From contig CM102286.1 in the NCBI GenBank assembly GCA_046563655.1, forward strand, positions 310,001 through 374,000: a stretch of 64,000 nt of DNA, written 5' to 3'. The DNA comes from Yuukianura sp. NJ FZ-2021. Taxonomy: Eukaryota. Below the pieces are notes generated by a model, which saw only the letters and a list, made by a program, of their open reading frames with translations, ran no database searches and had not been told where the DNA came from. A program made the position numbers and the translations under genes. Numbering within the stretch: the stretch's first letter is position 1; every line of letters starts with the position of its first letter. This document shows positions 11,114 to 64,000 of this stretch, one piece after another.

Positions 11114-11355
11114 AGGGTTCCATGCCATTGTGTCAATTGAATTGTATCAACTGCCATTGCATCAACTGAATTGTGTCAATTTGAATTGTATCAACGGCTA
11201 CTTGTATCAACCAACGTAACCAAACCTAACCTAAGCTAAATTAAGCATTACACTCGTTGACACAATTAGTCGTTGATACAATTGACCGGTTGATACAATT
11301 CTAGTTGACACAATTCAGTTGATGCAATTGCAGTTGATACAATGGCGTGCTACCT
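11114..11355. mobile_element. MITE with imperfect TIRs and inverted subterminal AATTGTATCAAC-type repeats
   Basis: GGGTTCCATGCCATTG and CAATGGCGTGCTACCT ends flanked by TTTAAA. Five to six TTG(T/C)(A/G)TCAA units on each arm in opposite orientation, with a central AACCTAACCT. Confidence 0.75.
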
Positions 11356-12055
11356 TTAAAAGTATGGTAAAAATTTGAGGCTGTGTACAAAACATTCTTA
11401 TTGTGCGGCCATGTTCATTTATGAGCCTTTTAAAAAAACAGAGTTATCAAAAAAGCTTTTGAACAGTTTTACAACCATCGTTTTTTATGACCTTTGACCT
11501 TCAACTTAGAATTAGAGATCAACCTCAAACAAAAATTTTGGAAAGCTGAAACATTTTTTTTTTTTGGAAATTTTAAACAGAAATCAAAAATCAAAGCTGC
11601 ATTAAGGAGCTCTGAAATAAATACTTAGAACGAATTTGAACAGAAAAGCGAAATTGGACAAGGGCATGTGGAAGGATGTTTACAAAATTTAGATTATAAT
11701 TAAACAAAAAATTTATATAAAAAGCTGACTGATTCCCTAAGAAAAGCGAAAGGAAAACAAAATTTTGTTTTGTAGAAATTGACAACAAATAATTTTATAG
11801 TGTTTATATGTTATAATTACTAGCAGTTTTCGGAAAAAAGCTATGCTTTAGAGAGAATAGTTGGGAAAAGTATACAGTAATTTCTACACCTTGTTTCCCA
11901 TTGGTTTTTAGAACTTTTTGAGTAAATATCTTCCTCTCGACACATTAAATTTTAGTTTCTGTTGGAAAATAATCCTGAAATTTTTGCAATTTCTAGCAAA
12001 AGTTCATTTTTTTTTTAAATTTAGACTTGAAGCAATTTGTTTTCGTAGCAACTTT

Positions 12056-59338
<47,283 letters not shown>

Positions 59339-59347
<9 letters not shown>

Positions 59348-59550
59348 TTTGACTTGAGCAGAAGTTAGAGTTGTGCGTTGAAAACTAAAAACTCAATATA
59401 ACATTAGTTCAGCAAAATTTTGCTCACCTACTTTTACTTAAGCGAAGAAGCTTGACTTGAATTCCATTTTGGTTTGAGCAGAATAAGTTAAGGTTGTGCG
59501 GTGAACACTAAAAACTCAACGTAACATTAACTCAACAAAAATTTGTTCGA
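59339..59550. repeat. ~120-bp tandem duplication spanning the PLEKHH-like start codon
   Basis: ATTCCATTTTG..TTGAGCAGAA...TTGTGCG.TGAA.ACTAAAAACTCAA...AACATTA at 59341 and 59461. Confidence 0.85.
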
Positions 59551-62500
59551 CACGAATTTATTACAAGAGAAGCCTGGTGGTAAGCACTTTCAATGTCTGC
59601 AATCAGTGATTGATCTTTCCGAAATTGAGAGGATTGGACGGCGTTGAGCTAAATTGCGTTGAACCAAAGACGGATGAAGTTTTTTTTAGCAAAGCGGAAT
59701 GTTTTCAAATCGTCGAAAAGGCTTTTGAGTTAATAAGTTGCGTCTGGGGAGACTAGAGACAATTGAATTGAAGCAATTTGTTTCATAGATGGCGTCTGTT
59801 GAGCAATTACAAAATGTGGTTTTCAACCACAATTCAATTTGGAGGCGCACAGGGAGGTTTTAAATTGTTCAAAAAAGTTTAGAATTGTGAAATGAAGAAG
59901 CCCGGGAGTTTTTGAAACCGGGAGTTCTAGGTTATAATTTTCGTCACGTCCTTAGTCTCTTTGAGTCCAAAAGAAGTTTCTTCTTTTTCACTTTTTTTAA
60001 TAATCCAGAGGGAAAGTTGTTCTGACATCCACAAGAGTTACGATTATGAGCAGTTGGAAATGGCTCCACACTCAGCACATTAATTTTCAATTTTCACAAC
60101 AAACGACTTCCAAATGGACCAAAAAACAGTTAAAAAGCTCCGACTGATGAGACGATGAAAAGTTGTTACCTAAAATAGACAAAAGTAAAAATTAAAAGTT
60201 AATCTCAATTAAATCCTAAAAGGTAAAATTAAAAGTTAATGTGGATTTTACTAGTTTAAGAGAGCGGAAGTTTGGGATTTGATGAAAAAGCACTTTTGAA
60301 GTATAAGTGGAACCCATTTGTAAACTGCATAAAAAATGGAAGTTTAAGACCAAAAGTTGTAAGGTCTTTGCCAACATCAACATTTTCAAACACTCAACTT
60401 TGTTAGTTCCTGTTCTGAAAAGAGAGGAAATCAAATTAAGCTTGTTCAAACAAAACAGTTTGCCAAAAAAAAAAAGAATATAACTTTAAAATTTTTCAAT
60501 AGGCACGTGTAACTTTTTGAAAAAGTTGAGACAAAAATTAAAGCAAGGAAATCTGGAGTGTTTTTTTTTTGACAAGTTTAGCAAAATGTAATTAAAAGTA
60601 TTAAACTTAAAAAATAATCATAAATGGTCGCTTTTAATTAATTAGAGTTTGTAGTCTCCTGAAATTGGAAAAGTTTAAAAGCAGTTGTGTGTTGAATCAA
60701 AAAATTTGAACATATCGACAACGAAAGGGACTTTTTTGATGGATTTAAATGCAAAGCTTGCGGGAAGTAACAAAAGTAAAAACTTTCTTTTCTTTTTTGA
60801 AGCTCCCAGTTGAACTCGTAGCAGCTGAAGTGAAATGCTTTCCTGTTTCTCGAACTGTCTATGCAATTGCTGCTTTTTAATTCAAGTTCATTGAACAGGA
60901 AGAATTGAGTTGAGTTTGATGTTCTGAACAAGTATTTTAGTTTATTTGAACAGGAAACAACACGAGAGAGAAGAAGAGGGATTTGCCCTTCAACTTTTCA
61001 ATTGAATCCAATTCATGAACTTCCATTTTTCCCGATCTCCTCTCAATTCTCCTTTCAAAAAACGAAAATAAAAACCACTCAACCAAATTCATTTTCCTTT
61101 TCTTTAGAAGAAAAGTTTGTCACAAAAGAAATACGGAGTGATTTAAATCCAATCAAAAATAAACTCAGCACACCGCAATTTTCAATTTTACCAACCTCAC
61201 GTTCGTCCAAGAAAAAAAACATCAAAAATTCAAAAATAAAAAAATCACCCAAAAACTGAGAATGTTGAAATAGAAGTTTTGCAAAATTCAAAAACCGTAA
61301 GTAGCTCACATGGCGGGAACAAAAGTCAAAAATTTCAAAATTAAAACCCATGAAAATGTTGAATTTGTAACTCACTTTTGCCTCACTTGCCAGTGAAAGT
61401 CGATGGTGAAAGTGTACGTGCCGCTTTAACACTTAAATTGAAACACCTTGAAAGTGAAAATTTAAAATAAAATTTTGAATTTGAGACTTTTAAAAATTTG
61501 TGAATACACTGGAATCTTTGACTCGTGTTTGAAAACTGAACTTGCAGTTTGCTCTTGACTGTGACTCTCGTTTGAAAACACGCCTTCCAAACCCATAAGT
61601 TTGGCGTCTCTCTAGCAGTTGTGTGCTGTAACTATAAGTTTGCGTAGGAGAATAATAATAAAAAGTTAGTGTGGGATACAGATGCACTTGCCAAGATGAA
61701 AACGTAATCGTAACTCCTCTTTTCTCTATTTACTTTTCCAAATGGAAACTATTTCAGAGGATTTGGAGCAAAAAAGAAGAACATTCTAATTTTGGACAAA
61801 TCCGAAAGTCAGAGGAACAGATGAACCCAAGGCTGCAATGCAACAGAACACTACTTTCTGAACAAAAAAATTCAAACTAAAAATATAAAGTCTAGCTAAA
61901 ACAAAAAAAGTTGCCGTTTTTGTGCGTGTTCTGCGACGGTTACACATTTTTAATTTTTGAAATAAACTGTACCCAACAGGACTATGAAAGATTAAAGGTC
62001 TTCGCAGACAGCAAACCATGAAAAATTCTCCAACATTTAATATTTCTTAACTTTCTCAAATTTTTTTAACTTTGAGCGGAATTTGGATTTCAATTTTAAA
62101 TCAAGCAAGACCAGAAACAAAGCAGAGCATTGACGCCATCTACAATCTAAAAAATCTCCTAGTTGTCACTTTCTCTTTTCTTTTACTTTTTTCTACTTTC
62201 ACTAAATTTCCAAGGTCTCTCTCCACGTTTTTCTCTTTTCACATACTTTCTCTCTCCTTGCACCCTTTGGCCTAAGCCTAACCCATATACCACACTTACC
62301 TCTTTTTTTTACTAAGAATGAAGAGGGAAAACACAAAAGTTCAAAAAACTTAAACAACTCATGTTTAAGATTTATGCAACAATCTCAAATTGTAAGTAAT
62401 TACTTGAAATTGAGGAAATTTCACAAACGTTGTCTTACTGTTGCAACTTTTTAGGTGTAACCTAACTAAAATGTGTTTTTAAATATAATTGTGATCTGAT

Positions 62501-63301
62501 TTGAATCCGTTTTGATTTTGTAACTTACTGCTTAGCCTGCTGATTTTTACGTGTTAAATCACAAACGCACTTTGTTGTTGTTTTTCACATGCAGCACCAC
62601 ATGTTTTTGCTTTGATTGTCGTGTGAAATAAAAGTAACAATTCTTAGCACAAGTTTATACTAAATTCGTTGTAAAAGTGGAACGATGGTGAGATTATTCC
62701 CTTGATTTGCGTGTTTTTGGATGAAGTGACTAATCCACAGAAAATCAGAATTGGGCGGAGATGAACGTCAAAAGGAAGAAAGGAGAAATTAGGTAAAGAG
62801 TGAAAGCCGCGAAAATCCTCTTTTGAAGGTGTGTGTACTTAATAGTGGTGTGGGATGTTAGACCAAGAACAAAAACTGGGTACTGTGAGACTGTACTTCC
62901 TGTTTCGTGCGCAGACGCACACAACTCCACTGCAGCTTCCTGCCAAACACATCCTGCAGTGGACCAGCAGCCTCCAGATATTGAACGAGATCAAGACACG
63001 ATGAGAGCAACAGCCTCTGCACAAGAGGCATTTGACGCACTTTCACTCCTTTCTCCACTTCCAAAACATTACTTAAAACTAACTTACACTTGAAAGGAAT
63101 GTGAGGCTATGCTAAAGTTAGACTAAGTTGTCTATTTTACATTAGGTTCATGTTAAGTTAGGCTGGAAAGCAGCAGAATTTATTTAAAGTTATACACAGG
63201 TTTGAGTAAAAAGTGAAAATAGCATAAAAAGGACAGAGTTTTTCTGTTTGTGGATTTTGTATGTTTTTTTTTGGAAAATTTGGGAGTGATGAAGCTTTTG
63301 T

Positions 63302-63913
63302 TCAGATGGCGCCAAAAGATTTTTTTGATTCTTGTGACATGACGAGAGGATTTTCCCATTCCAAGCCTTCTCCAAATGAACTACTTCGAGCTAGCATAGT
63401 TTTACGGTACAGCAAATAGCCGATGAGGGCATAGGTCAACCCGTTTTCAATTCCAAGAAACTTTAAAACAAATTCCAAAGTTTTTAAAAAATTTACATAA
63501 AAGTTTTTCTAAAAAGTATTTTTTTATGAATTAAACGTACGGCTGCCAACATGCGTTTAGTTGTCATGCCCTCATTCTCCGCTTCCGTGTCAATTGCTGC
63601 CGCCATCATGAAAATCCCAACAACAGTCAGAATTACTCCAAACAGCAAGTGAAACACCAAATCCTGGTTATAAAATTTTGGAATAAGTTAATATAATAAT
63701 TTTATAAAATGTAAAATTTAAATTCAAGATTTTTCAAGTAACCGCTTGGTGAATGCTGCTGAACTTTTGAGTGTCAAATCGAGCGAGAATGTTCAAGAAA
63801 AACAAAACGGAAAAAATGGAAGTAAAAATGACAATTCCGACGAAGAAAACTTCAGTTGTGTAGAAGATCGTGTAGGAATTGGCAATCAGAATCAAATCAA
63901 CCAATCCAATCAG
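63302..63913 (-). CDS. 3' exons of a small multi-pass membrane protein (MARVEL-like); the 5' end probably lies beyond the window
   Basis: Exons 63743-63913 (LIGLVDLILIANSYTIFYTTEVFFVGIVIFTSIFSVLFFLNILARF...), 63541-63663 (DLVFHLLFGVILTVVGIFMMAAA...) and 63302-63460 (FLGIENGLTYALIGYLLY...SFGAI*). All are phase 0 with GT-AG junctions and together carry four hydrophobic segments. Confidence 0.75.
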
Positions 63914-64000
63914 CTGTCATACGCCAAAAAAACGTCTTCAAAATTTTGAAATTTTACAAAACACTGTAATATGAACTTTCTAAATTTTCATTTTTAGTTA

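Noticed and set aside
60140..60170. Hammerhead ribozyme core (CTGATGA...GAAA); similar partial hits near 1275, 35930 and 48536
   Set aside because: No convincing stem I, II or III pairing around the core motifs.
62745..63093. GC-richer block with several 60-90-aa ORFs on both strands
   Set aside because: No recognisable domain or splice-supported model. It could be a non-coding first exon or promoter region of the PLEKHH-like gene, but this is unsupported.

Overview
This is AT-rich, intron-containing eukaryotic DNA. The gene content points to an arthropod, possibly a springtail, but that is an inference. Most of the window (12056-59347, minus strand) is one gene of about 24 coding exons encoding a ~1980-aa coiled-coil/PH/PH/MyTH4/FERM protein of the PLEKHH/MAX-1 family; I walked the exons by hand and the GT-AG phases are consistent. 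Other genes: a 5-exon 2OG-Fe(II) dioxygenase (3669-4991, minus), the 3' part of a MARVEL-like membrane protein gene at the right edge, and a cluster of small orphan ORFs at the left edge. There is also a local family of intronless, divergent ionotropic-receptor-like (IR) genes in three states. One copy is intact and nested in a PLEKHH intron (32421-34442). One is an inverted paralogue (7232-10972) broken only by two young DNA-transposon insertions: a 1343-bp foldback/minisatellite element with a TA target duplication and a 374-bp MITE with 33-bp TIRs and a 9-bp target duplication. The third is a truncated 5' remnant. Several other MITEs, a tRNA-derived SINE-like family and structured tandem duplications are present. 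No CRISPR array or rRNA was found.
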